From: Octopus vulgaris
Lineage: Eukaryota
Direction of reading: 5' to 3'
DNA: 64,000 nt
NCBI GenBank assembly: GCA_951406725.2
Contig: OX597816.1
Location: 153,016,001-153,080,000, forward strand
In this document: positions 34,530-48,130 of the stretch, in pieces
Layout of the letters: every line of letters begins with the position of its first letter
Numbering within the stretch: position 1 is the stretch's first letter
Notes under the pieces: generated by a model
What the model was told of the DNA's origin: nothing
What the model saw: only the letters and a program-made list of their open reading frames with translations
Databases searched by the model: none
Program-made: the position numbers and the translations under genes

Positions 34530-35451
34530 TACATTACTAAAGATAAGTTTAACACATTAAATTAATGCATAACAGTTTCATTAATGGCACTAACTCTCAC
34601 ACACAGGATAGCAAAAACAGTGTTGCATTGTGAGCTTGAGAAAAGCCTTGCTTATTTTTAATGCAAGTATTTTCTCAAAGTTTAAAATGTTTTTGTTATT
34701 GTGAGTGTGTGAATGAATGCAAATACATAAAACAGAACATGTTCACACACCCTATTAGTTTTCTCTACCACTGCGGCACATCATCATCATCATCGTTTAG
34801 CGTCCGTTTTCCATGCTAGCATATGTTGGACGGTTCGAAGCCAGAAGGCTTCATCAGGCCCACGTTAAAAGTAAATTGGTAAACCTTTTACTGAAACCAG
34901 TGAACGAAAGTGACAGTTCTGAGATTCAATCCGAGTGATTGCCTGGAAAAGTAATGATTCAAATCACTCTGAAAATTTTTCCATGCTCACTTGTTTTGGC
35001 AATTAAGTTTTCCAAGAGAATGTCTAAAGTCTTTTCATTGCATGAGATTTTATGTACATGCATTACAGCACTGTCTGACGATTTTACAGCATAATTTTGA
35101 TCCCAGCTCAATATTTTGGCAACAAAAACATCCAGAATAACTGTTTTTAGTGTCTCCGAATTGTAGTCAGGAGAAAATCTTTGTGGACATCCTGGTTTTC
35201 AGAAACATAACAACAATAACTGATCCATGTTCCATTCCAGAGCAATCACATATAATGCCAATAAACATAGAATCCTCAAACTTTTTTTCTGGTCTCATAT
35301 AGGGTGTTATGGGCATATACCTCTAAGATTTCACTTTGTATGGTATCAGATAGGAAATTAACTCGTTGTTTAAGCCACTGACTTACTTCTGCACCATCTT
35401 GTTAGGCAAGTTCTTTTACAAAGTTTCCTGTGACACATTAACTTTGCCCAC

Positions 35452-35719
35452 AGGCATATGGCGTAAGTGATTAAGAGCACTGGCTACTAACCACAAGATT
35501 CCGAGTTCGATTCCAAGCAATGACCTGAATAATAATGATAATAATAATCATATCAAAAAATACCTTAGGAATGAGAACCCAGGTTCGAAATTTTCCCAAG
35601 ACACCTGATGAAGGCTGGAGGGTATATCAGCTGAAATGTCGTGTTAACAACAAACAAGATGACAAATATCCATCAAATGTAAATAATGTACCTAATTCCT
35701 CATCTCTTAAATATAGAAC
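35452..35719 (+). mobile_element. Second copy of the tRNA-headed hammerhead SINE
   Basis: A box tggcgtaagtg, B box gagttcgattcc, (AAT)n, then a tail colinear with 17770-17910. HHR at 35600-35645: GACAC-CUGAUGA-A..GAAA-UG-UC^GUGUU. Confidence 0.8.
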
Positions 35720-36281
35720 ATGTTAACTTTCTATATTTCTATTTCTTGTTCCTTGAAAGAAGGAACTAGAAACTTCTTTTATCTATTACTAAGGATTTCC
35801 TTAATTCTCTGATCATAGAAGTGCTAACAACTATTATCTTTCACTAAGTATATGTTCTTTAATTCTTTGGTGAACTAGTAACTACTAATATACTTTCTTA
35901 AAGGTACTCCTTAATTCTCTCTCTCCAAAGATGGAATAGTTGGCTTACATTGGAAATCTTTGCTCAGTGACATATAATCCACATGCTCAGCTATTCTAGA
36001 AACAACTAAGAAATTTTATGTATTATTTCTTAATCACTTATTTACTATAACTACTCTGCAATTATTTTTGAATCATGAATTACATATTTTACTTGTTCAC
36101 TTCACTTTCTAATATATATCAATCAGCTCAATGACGAACAACTTATAGCCATCTTTGATAGGGAGCTTCAACAACACCTTCGTTTCAGATGCTGTTCAAG
36201 CTGGAATTTTAGTGGTGAACCAACCTCAGCACTTATAGTTCATACCTATTACATTATGTCATTAGACACAGTTTTTTAAAA

Positions 36282-36314
<33 letters not shown>

Positions 36315-36363
36315 CATTTCCACAAGGATGACACGCAAATTCTTGAAGCGTTCCATATTTTCT

Positions 36364-36910
36364 AGGAGCAGGCATGGCTGTATGATAAGAAGCTTGCTTC
36401 CCAACCACATGGTTCTGGCTCAGTCCCACTGCTTGGCACCTTAGGCAAGTGTCTTCTACTATAGCTTTGGGCTGACCAAATCCTTATGTATGGATTTGGG
36501 AGACGGAAACGGAAAGAAGCCTGTTGTATATATATGTTTGTGTGTCTGTGTTTGTCCCCACCACCGTTACTTGACAACTGATGTTGGTGTGTTTATGTCC
36601 TTGTAACTTAGCAGTTCGGCAAAAGAGGTCAGTAGAATATGTACTAGGATTACAAGGAATAAGTACTGGGGTTGATTTGTTCGACTAAAAGTGGTGCTCC
36701 AGCATCGCCACAGTCAATTGTCTGAAACAAATAAAAAACACACATACAACAGGCTTCATCTCCATTTATCAAATTCACTGACATGGCTTTGATTGACCCG
36801 AGGCTATAGTAGAAAACATTTGCCCAAGGTGCTATGCAATGGGATTGAACCTGGAACCATGTAGTTGGGAGGCTTCAGTCATAGGACTGTAGCCATGGTG
36901 GAGCACCACT
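36364..36910. mobile_element. Two tail-to-tail copies of the abundant SINE
   Basis: Plus copy at 36364-36737; minus fragment at 36745-36870. Confidence 0.75.
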
Positions 36911-37049
36911 TTAATTTATTTTCTATCAGCTTTGTTGTCACTTTATGGCTGTAAGTTTTTCTATGATTGAGTTGGTAGCAGCTGATCTCCTCTGAGTGCA
37001 TCCTTGAATGGCTGACTAGTCCAGTATTATTGTTAGTTTAGCCAATGTT

Positions 37050-40000
37050 TTTTGTTTCATGTTTCAGTAGAGGTTCCTTTTATATTTCTGATTACTTCAG
37101 GCAGGTAGTTGAACAGTTGAAGACCTCTTAATATCAGATTAGTACAATAGTGATTTTGCTCATGATTTTGAAGGTGGTATATTTGGAAGTTGACAGTGTC
37201 TAACAGTTTGAGCATTAAAATTCTCTTTAATGCTGAAATTTGGAACAGGATTTTCCATATGTATGTGATAGTATATCTCTCTCTTCAGCATTCAAGATAT
37301 TCCCAGTAGTTAAGGCTTTTAATCAAAGGTATTTCACTGGTAAACGTTCTTTGTAATCCTTCAATTTCTTCTATGAGACCAGATGAGTTAGGAGACTAAA
37401 GTAAGCTAACCTGTTCAGAATCAGGTTTTCCATAGAGTTAGCCTAACTACTGGTTCTCTTGTCATGAAAGTTTGCAGGATTCATCCTATGAGATGTCTGC
37501 ATTTACAGGTCAGTTTGGTGATGTAGATAATGAAAGATGCATCATTTGACATGATTACTCTTAAGTCCTGTATGTCATTAGCACTCTGAATCATTCTGGC
37601 ATCTGAAATTTTGATGTATTAAATTTCATATTGTTTTAATCCATCTATTGATAAATGAGGTTTGGATAGTCATGATATTTTAGTATCATCGGTGTAACTC
37701 GTTATTTTGGATGAGTGCACTTGTGACAGGTTGATAATAAATAATTATAGTGCTAGAACCATTCCCTGAGGCATACCACGTATTGCAGGAGACTTTGCAG
37801 AGTGAAAACCATTTCCAACAACCAATTGGTTCTTACGTAGGAAATCAAAGGGCCATTATCTGAGTTTTCCTGAGATACCAAAATTCCTTAACTTATGACA
37901 AATGATTCCATGAACAATCTTGTCGAATGCCTTAACAAAATCAAAGTATATACAGTCAATGTTCTTTTCTCTCAAGAGATTATTAAGAATAGAGTTATGG
38001 TGCTGTAATAGAATCCAAAAACCATGCTGTATATCATCTATGGGGTCGTTTTCCACAAGGCATGTACTAATTCTATTTCAGACAATGCATTTGATCATTT
38101 TAGATGTGTGAGATGTGAGAGAACAAGTTTGTAATTTTTAGCTTCAACCTTGCTACCTTCCTTTGTGTATAGGTGTTACTATTGTGTCTTTTAATAGTTC
38201 TGGGAATTTGCTGGTATCCAGTGACTTTTGAAATAGTATCTTTAATGGTTTCACAAGGCTGTTTTTGCATGATTTTAGTAGTATGGTTGGGAGACCATCT
38301 GGTTCAGATGCTGAGTTTGAATCTAAGTCATTAGCTGTAAGCTGAGTACTGGGGATCAAAGAATTCATTTGGCTCATATATTATTTTGTTAATATGGGAA
38401 GATGCACTGTTATAATGTCAAGTAAAGAATGTACATATTTGTGATGAATCATTAGTATATGATCCATTAGATGACCAATCTGGTTATGCATTGCTGATTT
38501 TTATTTAGCAAAGGGGAAATAGAACTTAGAAATAGATTTTATATTTTACACTGCTCGTTGTTCTCTTAGGGAAGTTTCTTTTTCATGAGATAGTTTTAGG
38601 TCCAGTTCAATGTTCTTTTTTCTTTTCTCAATCTTGTCTGTTGAGAGAATTTGTTTTTTTTTTAGTTGTTTTGTTGGTCTAATTCTGTTACATATTAGTA
38701 TCTATCTATCATGAAATCAAGTGCTTGGTGCTTATATGGGACATACTTTCAACAGATCCTGATTAACTCTTTGTATAGAAACTTCATAAACTTCTTGACT
38801 GAAATTGTCAATTTGGTTCAAGGATTTCTGTTTTGAATTCATTTCACTTGCACTTCTTGAAATTCAGGTTCCTGAGGAGTGAGTCATGTTTGATGTTATT
38901 TGTGTGTGTTGCACTCTTTGAACCATATGCAAATAATTATAGTATGTTATGGTTAGAAATAGCTGTGGGAATCATCTGAACATTGTGAGTGAAGTCTGTA
39001 TTGATGGTAAAGACTAGGTCGAGTATGTTATTTCTCTTAGTTGGACAGGTAATGATTTGTTGTATGTGGAAGTCTTTTTGTAGTATTGAAAAGAGTATTC
39101 ATTGAGATTAGGAAAACTAAAATCCCCTGCTCAAAGTACATTGGCCAGTGGGCTGGCCTCATTTGAGTTTGACTTATGAGTGACAAAGTATCTTTGAAGT
39201 GATCTCCATGGTTAGCTCCATCAGGATGACTAGATAATGCCTATGATCAAATTGAGGCCAATCACATGCATTATTAGTGTATTGCACACTGTTGGAGTGG
39301 GAGAAGAGGATATTTGTTGCCAGGTCTTCTTGGATGAAGATCACTATTTCTCCTTCTTTCCATATTCTGTGGTCAGTTCTTTGTAGTACATAATCTGGTA
39401 TATGTACTTCCACATCCAATATGTCTGGGATCAGGTACATTTCACTTAGTGCTTCACATATTCTCTTTTCTTGCTGTATGAGGTCTCACTTGCTGTGCAA
39501 GGTCTCTAAGATATGATACTTAAGTTCAATTTGTGAAGTGTGGACGACCTTGTACATTTGGCATTATCATAAAGTTGAGTTTGTGGGTTAATGACAGCAA
39601 AAAGTATTTTTTATTTCTTTTGCCAGATTCATTATGGTTAAAAAAGAATTTTCTTGTTTTTTTTTTGGTGGTGGTGGTGGTGGTGTGTGTCTGGAGTTGG
39701 TATGGTTGCACTGTTGAATATGGTTATAGCTATTTTACAATAGATATCTGGGTGACTCCTGGGTTTTGATGAAAGTCTGGACCAATACTGACACTGTAAG
39801 GAATGTTTCTACTGTGGATTTGGTTGTGGTTTGAAGTCATGCATTTACTGGTGCATTGAGTCCCTGAAAGATGAGTGAAGGGACAGTTGCACATCAGACA
39901 TAATCTTTTGTGTTGGGAATAGCAACAGATTTTAAAGGATTTTGGGTTACATGTTTAGAAGTTATTAAGTGTGATTTAGCATTTAGTAGTGATTGTAGTG

Positions 40001-40200
40001 GTGCTGTAAAGAGTGTGGTTTGGCATTGGTTGGTATTGCTTGTATGACTTGTGCATCTTGTCCCAGGAAAATGGGTGAAGCTACAATCACTGCATATGCA
40101 TAGTCTCTCGTGTTGGGCATAGCAGCATATTTTGGGGTTTTGTGTGTTTATGATTTTACTTTATTTACAGTTGGCAAATTTATCATGGGGCTGTCAGGTA
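37050..40200 (-). mobile_element. Near full-length decayed CR1-group LINE (ORF1 zinc fingers, APE endonuclease, RT)
   Basis: EVHIPDYVLQRTD...GEIVIFIQEDL (APE); SASEPDGLPTILLKSCK; IDCIYFDFVKAFDKIVHG; GMPQG; YTDDTKI; LNYWE..RERYTITYIWK; many stops. Confidence 0.85.
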
Positions 40201-43200
40201 TACATTCAGATTGAAGTGGATAGTGGGACCGGGTGGGAAGAAAGGAATGGTTCTTCACTAATTGTAGTAGTAGTGGTAATGGTAGTCACTGTAGAATAGG
40301 ATGACAATGGTGATGATGGATCTCTTGTGTTATTCTGAGAAGAATTTGAGCGGCCTGACTGTGGAGAAGAGCTAGAGACTGTGTTGTTTAACAGGTCATC
40401 AAGTGTTCTAGTATTGAAGAGGGACTGCCAATGCTGATCATGTTGTTGTTGCTATTGTCTAGTTGTGGTAAGGGTACTACTAGTAGAACATAATGAGAAT
40501 GATGATGATGGGTCACTTGTGGTATTTCCAGGAAATGAGAAAGTGAATGGCTACACAGGGAAGGGCTCTTGATTGTGGAGTTTAATATTTCATCAATTGT
40601 GCTAGTATTGAAGAGTGGCAGTGATTTTTGTTGTTGTTATATTATTGTTACATATATCATCATCATCATCATTGCTTAATGTCCACCTTCCATGCTGACA
40701 TGGGTGGAATGGTTTGACAGGAGCTTGCCAGGCACAAGCCTGCACCAGACTTCTGCAAATGTTTTGCAGGATTTTTACAGTTGGATGCCCTTCCTAACAC
40801 CAACCACTCAGCAGAGTGGACTTAGTGCTTTTTACGTGGCACAAGTACAGGTGAGGTCAGTTTTGGCAAGGCTTTTATAGCTGAATGCCCTTCCAAATGC
40901 CAACCACTTTACAATGTGGATTGGGTGCTTTTAAGTGGCACCTGCACTGACAGGGTTACTAAGTACTTGCGAGACAAAAAAAAATCTCTTTTGAGAGGGG
41001 AGAGGGCATTGGAGGATGTGATCTTATGTCAGATGATGAAAGGTTATAAACAGTTGTCTTACTGTAGAGGACGTACAAGGTTACCCGGTCGGGGAAGTGA
41101 GAGAGAGATTTTGTCTTCCTGTGCAGTCATATTCTCCAATATTCCTGCATAAAAAAGAGTTTATTATTAGCTGACAATGTATTCTTTGTTCTGTATTAGG
41201 TTTCATTTCATTTGGTATAGTGGTTGCTGTGAAATATTAGTGTAACTTTTAATGCAAGTTTTGCTTCCCCACCCTGTACACATTCTCCTACATTAACTGT
41301 ATAATGTTATAGTATTATTTCTGTATTGCCCATCTGCTGCAATGTTTTAATACAGAAATTAAAATAATTTAACTGTCTGTCCTGGGTGATTTATATTATT
41401 TATATAATTTAAATTTAGTTTAATTATATAAATTATTTATGTCTTCAGTAAATATTTCAGATCTATTAGCTATTTATTTTATATGCAAATCAAATAGAAA
41501 CAAACATAAAAAATCAATGAATGATTAACCTTGTTATTGCTATTATGTAACTCCAAGTCATTTAATGGAACAGATCTATGAACAAAGCCATTCTGGATAT
41601 TACCAACCCATCAGTTTTTTCAAGCATTGTGTATTTAGAATTATGTCAGCTAATGTATTCTTCCCTTTTTAAAGACGATAATGTGTTTTAAGAAAGATTT
41701 GGAAGCTATTTCTGGCAGGTCAGGCAACAATGTAGAGGCTACTTAATTGGTCTAGACTAGCACTGAATATGGATGTGAATTTCAAGGGAATTAGCAATAT
41801 CAGTGAAGTGAAAAACTTTAAACAGAAAATGGAAAAAAAAAAATGTGACCTGTTTTGATGGTCAGGAGTTTGCATTTATTCAGCAGTGTTGTTTGCAAAT
41901 TTATAGATAACTAAGTATCTTCATGTTAGTATTGTTACTGCTTTTACATTGATTTTTTTTTTCCATGCAAGTATGAATGAGAGATCTTTTTAATATTCGA
42001 ATAAGGTATGTTTCACTCTTCCTAGTAAATTGAGTTTCCAATATTGTTTCAGTGTTGGTCCCATTAATCTACAGAAAAATTAGACCAAATTCTAAAAGTA
42101 GTTGAGTAAGAATTTTAAACCTACAGTTTGTTTAATGAACATTGTTCATTGGTTCTTTTCTCCATTCTCAATATTTGACCTCAACATTTACAAGTTTGAT
42201 GGAGAAAAGAACCAATGAGCCATGTACAAGATGGAATTATTACATCAGTCAGATCATCATCATCATCGTTTAGCGTCCGCTTTCCATGCTGGCATGGGTT
42301 GGACGGTTCAACTGGGGTCTGGGAAGCCAGAAGGCTGCACCAAGCCCAGTCTTATCTGGCAATGTTACTACGGCTGGATGCCCTTCCTAATGCCAACCAC
42401 TCCATGAGTGTAGTGGGTGCTTTTTACGTACCACTGGCACAGGTGCCAGACGAGGCTGGCAAACATCCACGATTGGATGGTACTTTTTATGTGCCACCGG
42501 CACGGAGGCCAGGCGATGTTTATGGGAATTATCAGCCAGTTAACCAATGATGCACATTGATGGTTACTTAGGGGCTCCCATGTTTTGAGATGCATGCAGA
42601 TGTCAAAGTGTACCAGTGATCATTGTTCCTTGCATCTTTTAATGCATCACTCTATGTTCTGTCAGTTAGTTGCATGTCCTTGTTGATTGTTTTGTGCCAA
42701 TTCAACTTTGGGTGTCCTGTCTGTTTCTTTCCATAAGTTTTCCATTGAAGGACTTAGTTAGTGAGTCTTTCATGTGGGAATTGCATTACATGACTCAGCC
42801 AGCTCAGATAATGTTTGCACACAAAGTTAGACAAAGGTTGGTTGGCTTGTTGCATGTCTTGGTTGGTGATGAAGTCAATCCATTCAGTCAATGAAAAACA
42901 GTTTGTACTGCCAATTGCTTAGTAGAGCATCTTTCAAAGCGTAATACCAGGTTTAAAAGCAAGCTATCGGATAGACTTTTGAGCAAACCTTTACATGGTT
43001 GCTCAACCGACTAGAAATAACAGCTAATCTCCCTGAAATCACAGCATCACAATCTTAAAATAAAGGAAGTACACATTGGATAATGTAGACATAGATATTA
43101 CTAAAATGATGGAATGGTTATGGCAGGAATGTTTCATAGTATTCATAAGTTCAGTCAGGTCTGAGCTGAGGCTAAAGAACAACAGTTTTTGTTAAAGCCA

Positions 43201-46200
43201 ACTTGCTGTAAGTAAACTTCAGCATTTGTGGCTTCCCCACAATGTTATACAGGTTGAACCTCTTAAAGCCAGCAGCTGTTATAGTCTTGTATGTTTTGAA
43301 ATTTTTGGTTTTAAGATCCACTCTTGTCTTTATGTCACTTAACTCTTTGACAGAGCTGCAATATGAGAGTTGTGAAAATGGCACAGCACTTTCCTTGATG
43401 TAATGGTGATTTTGAATCTTGAGGATTCCTTGATTGGCCTGGGTTGGAAGTTCTTATGTAGCAAGCAGTCTGCTGCATCATCTATTATTTGTAATTCATG
43501 CCTTTTTTTTTATGTATCTCCCTTCACTTTATGTCTGCTTTGCAATTATCCACCTCATATATCATCTTATTCATTATCATACCATTTATATTCTGGGATT
43601 GATGTAATTGTTTGACCATCCTACTCAGAATTGTTGGCTTTGTGCTTAAATTAGACACATTAACATCGTCATTAAACCAGCAAGCTGGCAGAATTGTTGG
43701 CACACCATACAAAATTGTTAGAGGTGTTTCCACCAGCTTTATGCTCTGAGTTCAAATGTTGCTGAGGTTAACTTTGTCTGTAATTCTTTCAGGATTGATA
43801 AAATAGGTACCAGTTGATGTATTTGACTAGGGTCCTACCCCTGCTAAAAATGAGTTTCAGGCCTTATACCATATAATAGAAAGGATAATTATTATTCTTA
43901 GCATCATCATCAGAAGAGGCACTGGATTCCTTTGTTTAGATTTGCTTGTGCTGCATTCCTGACAATAACATCTGTTAATTCTCACCAGGTCTTCATTTAA
44001 CTACGCTTAAATTTTTTTTTAGTTCACAAAAGGAAAAAAAAAACAAAAAAAAAATACGGAAAAGAAAAGATGTTTTTATCCATTTATTTTTCTTCAGAAT
44101 ATGAAAATATAGAGAGTACAAGACAGAAACTGTATCAAGAATTCAGTTTATCTGTGAGTTAATTAGTTATTTAGGCAGTCACATTATTAGTCAGTTTGTT
44201 AATTTTAGTGAATTTGTTAATTTATAATGATCTGTGGCTGTAGTTGCAGAGTGAGACAATTTCCAATTTTTCCAAACATCAATCAGCCTCATTTATTTCC
44301 ATCATCTGCATCCTCTCTGTTCATTTCTTGGTGTTGCACAATCTTTTCCCTTGGTGTTTTCATACCTCTTTACCAGGAGTTTATCCACACGTGACTGTAT
44401 TCACTAGAGCTAGAATGTCCTGATGTTAAGTTGCATAACCAAAACACTTCATTTAATCAGATGACTTGTTAATTAATCAGCTCATTAATTAGCTATGCAT
44501 ATTAACCAGTTATCAGTTAACAACAGTGAAAATGGCAGCTAATGGACTGATGCGTTTTTCAAATTAAAATTTTTTTAATTACATGAAATCAGATATGGTA
44601 TGCAGAAATGGAATCTTGCTGTTTTGCAATTTTTGCATTACATGAAAATATGCTGAACATTTCACCAATATCTGCTCACCCTATCAATATAGTACTATAT
44701 AGAGATACAGTAATTGTCTGCATGGAAGCTTTAGTGTGATCACCATACTTGCTAAAAATAAGTCAAATTTCATTCAGCTTATATCCCACAGAATTGTTCG
44801 AGTATTGAATAGAGTGCTTTGTGTTTGTTCCAATTCCTTGCACTTTGGGTTTCAGTCCTGTTAAGGTTGGCTTTGCCTTTCATCACTTCAGGCTTGATAA
44901 AGTATCAGGCCAGAGTAATTAATGATTGACAGATCTGTTAGAACAGATATAGGATGCTTTGCGGTGTCAGTTCCAATAGCAACACCAGCAGTGAATGATT
45001 CTTGTGCCTAGTAATACCAGCAATTACTTTTCCCTTGGACATTGGAAACATGAAGAAGGGACATAGTTTGGACAACTGTTGGTTTTGTACAAAATCAAAA
45101 ACCAAAACCTTTCCTAGGTCAGCATATCAAAGTGGAACATTCTAGGTGCAAGTCTTTCATTTCATGAAACACACCTGTTGGATAATGCAATTATAGAGAT
45201 ACAGTAAGATTGGATGACCTTGATTAGAAAGCTGTGATCATTACTTTGATTAAGGCTGATCTTTAAAATAGTAAACCTTTATTTGTGTGACCAGATCAAC
45301 TACAGGTTATGAAAATATTTTAATGAATAACTTGGAAGATGTTGTTCATTAACTACAACAAAGAAAGTATCTTACGTAATTTCTATTTCTATAATTTATT
45401 AAAGAAAGAAAATTCTTACAGACATTCATGAAATTTGCTGATGTCTCATACAGAATAATGTAAAATAAATAGTTTTCTACAGCAGGATATACTTGTTCCT
45501 TCTTCATCTTCTGTCTCATTTTTATCTTTATTTTATTATAATCAACCATCTCTTATTAATTGCAGCAGCATCTGCACAAAATTCTGCAATGTTTATTTTT
45601 CACTAATAATTGTAAACTGCAGCAGTTGTAAATGAGTTCTGTTACTAGGAAGATGTGCACTGATATGGGTAAAGGCATTTATTTTCATATGTTAATAATA
45701 TGGGCAATGATCATCATTGCTGTCAACTTGGTCATCATTATTGTAATTATTATGTCAACATGTCATCTTTGTTGCTATAACAACCATATTATTATAATCA
45801 ACATCAGTATCACCACCATTGTATTATCTCAGCTACATCATAAAAATATTGAACTAACAGCTCTTGGATCCTGAGTTCACTGTGGCTATATCAAATATGT
45901 TCCACATTACTTTTGTTTATGTAGTTATCAAAATCTAGGATTTAAATTTTCTGGGAAACAGAAGGGTTGGACATGAAAAATCTGAGCACAAATCAGGTAA
46001 TTGCCTTTTATTGTAAGAAAATTAACTATTTACTTTGTTGAAGAAAAGTGGTCAAGTGCAAATAATATTGGATAACTGACTCAATTATCTCACTGTCTCA
46101 TTGCATTGTGGATTTGAATATGTTTAATTCTCCAAATCTTCAAGTTTGCTGTAGGCATTATATTTATTCATCATTGCCACTTTTCCACTCTTGTTTAACA

Positions 46201-46342
46201 TGTCTTGTACATGACTTAAACTATACTAAGCTCAGTCTTGACTCAGATTGATGAATAAGTTTCTATTGATTTAATGTTTATATTTTCTCACAGGAATTGT
46301 CTGTTAAATGGAAAAAAAGTCCTGACATTTTTCTTAGCCAAC

Positions 46343-46370
46343 ATGGTAGCTAATCAGCCGACCTCTGCAA
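46343..46370 (+). CDS. FBXL15: F-box/LRR-repeat protein 15-like, coding exon 1 (MVANQPTSA)
   Basis: Acceptor ctcacag at 46293, ATG in a caacATGG context, phase-1 donor gtaagt compatible with exon 2. Confidence 0.65.
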
Positions 46371-47083
46371 GTAAGTGTCTTCTGTATATGTATGTGTGTG
46401 TGTGATTACATGGGCCGTTGTGTAACTCTACTTGTCAGCAACATAATCACATCTGAACAGGATTGCGCAAATCTTTCCTCTGTGTATGTGTTGGTTTTGT
46501 GTAGTGTATTTGTGTTTGTGGAGATTCTGTAAGTGCATATATGTTTGGAGGGACTGTATGACTGATTGTAGCAGATCTGTGTATTACTGTGTCTATGGAA
46601 GTGTGTGTTTATGTTTTTGGAGGTTTTGTGTGTGACTGTGTCTGAGGAAGGGTGCATTTTGTCTGTTGAGGGTGTAACTGTATGTGATTGTCTGGGGAAC
46701 TTGTGTAGCTTTCACTCTTCTCTAAAGTAAATTTATTATTGACTAACTGAACTCTACAAATATGTTCTCAAATACTTATGTGTTATACAGTTATATATTA
46801 TTTTTTTTTCTTCTGTCTTGTTACCAAATGCAGTATCCTTGAATTTGGATTCAGTTCCTTCTAATTCTTCCTTTACCTATGGTTGTAAGTCAGATCTTTT
46901 CTTGTAATGGCAGAGATTTCGAATGAAAGGTGTCAAACATTTTAACTAACATGAAACAGTAATAAACTAAATTACTAAATTTACCTACCTCACCTTCCAA
47001 AATTAGCTATATGCCAAAAAAATCACTATCACTATGATTTTATTCTTTCTCTAATTTTCTCTATTTTTAAAAATATTTTTCAG

Positions 47084-47621
47084 ACTTTGAAAAGACTTTC
47101 CTTGACTTACCCTGGCAAGATGTCTTATGGAAGCAAGTGCTACCATATCTCAGCATCAAAGATCTCTTCTCTTTGCGCTTGGTTAATTCTCATTGTAAAA
47201 GACTAGCTGAAGGTTATTTCAGCTCACTAAAACAACTAGATATATCTACCGTCTCAGATCAAATCACTTTGACAGCCTTCAACATTATCATAGAAAATAC
47301 TCAGAATTTGACATCACTCAATCTCAAGAATTGCACTCAGTGTGCCTGTGAAGACACTCTTGTTTACCTCATTGAACGTAACCCCCGTCTTTCAAAAGTT
47401 TCCTTCAAGAATTGCAATGCCCTCTCTGACTGTGTGTTGCTGACACTGTCCACCACATGTCTTCACCTCACACATTTGAACCTCTCCCATTGTACATGGT
47501 TACACAATGTTGGGCTGGTGACAATAGCCTTTAAATGTCACTCACTGAAATATCTCAATATCAGTTCCTGTTTCAATATTACTGATGAAAGTATTCGAAT
47601 TTTGGTTTTCAACTGTCACAA
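47084..47621 (+). CDS. FBXL15: F-box/LRR-repeat protein 15-like, exon 2 (F-box and cysteine-containing LRRs)
   Basis: FLDLPWQDVLWKQVLPYLSIKDLFSLRLVN matches the FBXL15 LDLPWEDVL motif; LxxLxLxxC repeats; tttttcag acceptor and gttagt donor. Confidence 0.9.
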
Positions 47622-47968
47622 GTTAGTAATTTTTTTTTCACTCTTCTTTTCTGTCTCTTTTTCTCACTCACTTTTCTGTCTCTATTTTCTCATCATCATC
47701 ATCACATCTAAGGGTGGTGGGTGGACTTGTGAGTGTATCAAACAAAATGCCTCGGGTATTTCATCCAATTCTTTAATGTTCTGAGCTTTAATGTTCAGGG
47801 AACTGTCAACAAAGAACACTTTGTAGCTCAATGCTGTCTTCCATGCAAAGTGCTGAATGTTGATTTTATATATATATATAAAGTAACTATATGAAAGCAT
47901 TATTGCTGTTAAAAACTGTAATAATGAGGCAGTTAGCAAGACTTCTACCTTAATAAGTATAATATTAA

Positions 47969-48130
47969 ATATTTGAATAAAAGAAGGGTAAAAATACTGC
48001 TTGCCAAAGATGAAAACGAAAGCTTCAAAAACCACCATCGTGTGTGTATTTATCGTAGGATTGGTGGTTTTTGAAGCTTTCACTTTTATCTTTGGTAAGT
48101 GGTATTTTTACCCTTCTTTTATTCAAATAT
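47969..48130. repeat. Intronic hairpin (arms about 69 bp)
   Basis: 47969-48037 pairs with 48062-48130. Confidence 0.85.

Noticed and set aside
43172-43460. 70-aa ORF on the minus strand
   Set aside because: Looks like a very decayed RTE RT remnant, not a host exon.
47622-47784. C-terminal extension of the 215-aa ORF
   Set aside because: Read-through into the intron past the gttagt donor; the LRRs continue in the exon at 49212.
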